Positions 63,484-64,000 of a stretch of 64,000 nucleotides of DNA are shown piece after piece. The stretch's first letter is position 1. Each line of letters starts with the position of its first letter. Position numbers and translations under genes: made by a program. Source of the DNA: Squalus acanthias (Eukaryota); NCBI GenBank assembly GCA_030390025.1, contig JASTWF010000352.1:434001-498000 (forward strand), in the 5' to 3' direction. The notes beneath the pieces were generated by a model. It saw only the letters and a list, made by a program, of their open reading frames with translations. It made no database searches and was not told the DNA's origin.

Positions 63484-64000
63484 GGTCGCACAACACCAGG
63501 TTATAGTCCAACAGTTTTATTTGAAATCACAAGCTTTCGGAACTATCGCTCCTTCCTCAGGTGAAGTAAATTGGATACAGAATCGTCAGAGCATATATAG
63601 ATGGAAAAAAAAGCATGTGTACTTTACAATTGCAGACCAATAAATTAAATCATCCTGACTATCTGCCGAGGTGTGATAAAGTTAATTAAGTCAGCCAGGA
63701 AGGTACCACATCAAAAGACATAGCAAGATACAACTGAGACAATGAGGTGAAGTCGCAGGGGTTCTAACGTGTCAAAAGCTGCCGTCTGTATGTAAAACGA
63801 AAAGCTTTAAAAAAAAAAAAAAATTTACTTTTTTACTGGGAAAATTTTTACTTTTTTACTGGGAATCACATCTGTGAACAAGCTAACGACGACTCGAGTC
63901 CGGATCACGTCATGTATCGTGACATAAACCCAAGATCCCGATTGAGACCGTCTTCATGAGTGCAGAACTTGGCTCTCAGTTTCTGCTCGATGATTTTGCG
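63484..64000 (-). mobile_element. Penelope-like element, 3' end (GIY-YIG C-terminus, 3' UTR/pLTR); continues past the window end
   Basis: 64000-63905 translates RKIIEQKLRAKFCTHEDGLNRDLGFMSRYMT*; downstream hammerhead motif then AATAAAACTGTTGGACTATAACCTGGTGTTGTG. Confidence 0.88.
63527..63564 (-). ncRNA. Minimal type I hammerhead ribozyme motif in the Penelope terminus
   Basis: UCAC-CUGAGGA-A-GGAGC(GAUA)GUUCC-GAAA-GCUU-GUGA: core CUGANGA and GAAA, stem I UCAC/GUGA, 5-bp stem II, palindromic AGCU stem III. Confidence 0.75.

Noticed and set aside
63820..63865. Short direct repeat TTTACTTTTTT(T)ACTGGGAA next to a poly-A run
   Set aside because: Low-complexity local duplication in the Penelope UTR; no supportable function

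Overview
Eukaryotic, repeat-dominated genomic DNA, most likely from a cartilaginous fish (inferred from HE1-type V-SINEs, a SacSINE1/Deu-type SINE head, abundant CR1 LINEs and a Penelope element). Two large satellite arrays (54/45-bp units at 1-16530; 67-bp units at ~37052-63472) flank a ~20-kb island. The island holds five C2H2 zinc-finger gene or pseudogene copies with no visible KRAB domain, arranged divergently around a CpG-island promoter (~30.1-30.5 kb). Two of the cassettes form a large inverted duplication (~18050-21149 vs ~31420-37050). Only one ZNF ORF (36075-36665, 7 fingers) is intact. Most notable: (1) the left satellite appears to be a tandem amplification of a short segment of a LINE-1 reverse transcriptase and runs directly into the rest of that decayed L1; (2) the duplicated ZNF cassettes keep their flanks but have different finger arrays; (3) two minisatellites amplify splice-donor-like sites; (4) a minimal hammerhead ribozyme sits in the Penelope terminus. 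The long ORFs over the satellites are repeat artefacts. Family names come from motif recognition, not database searches, and many boundaries are approximate.
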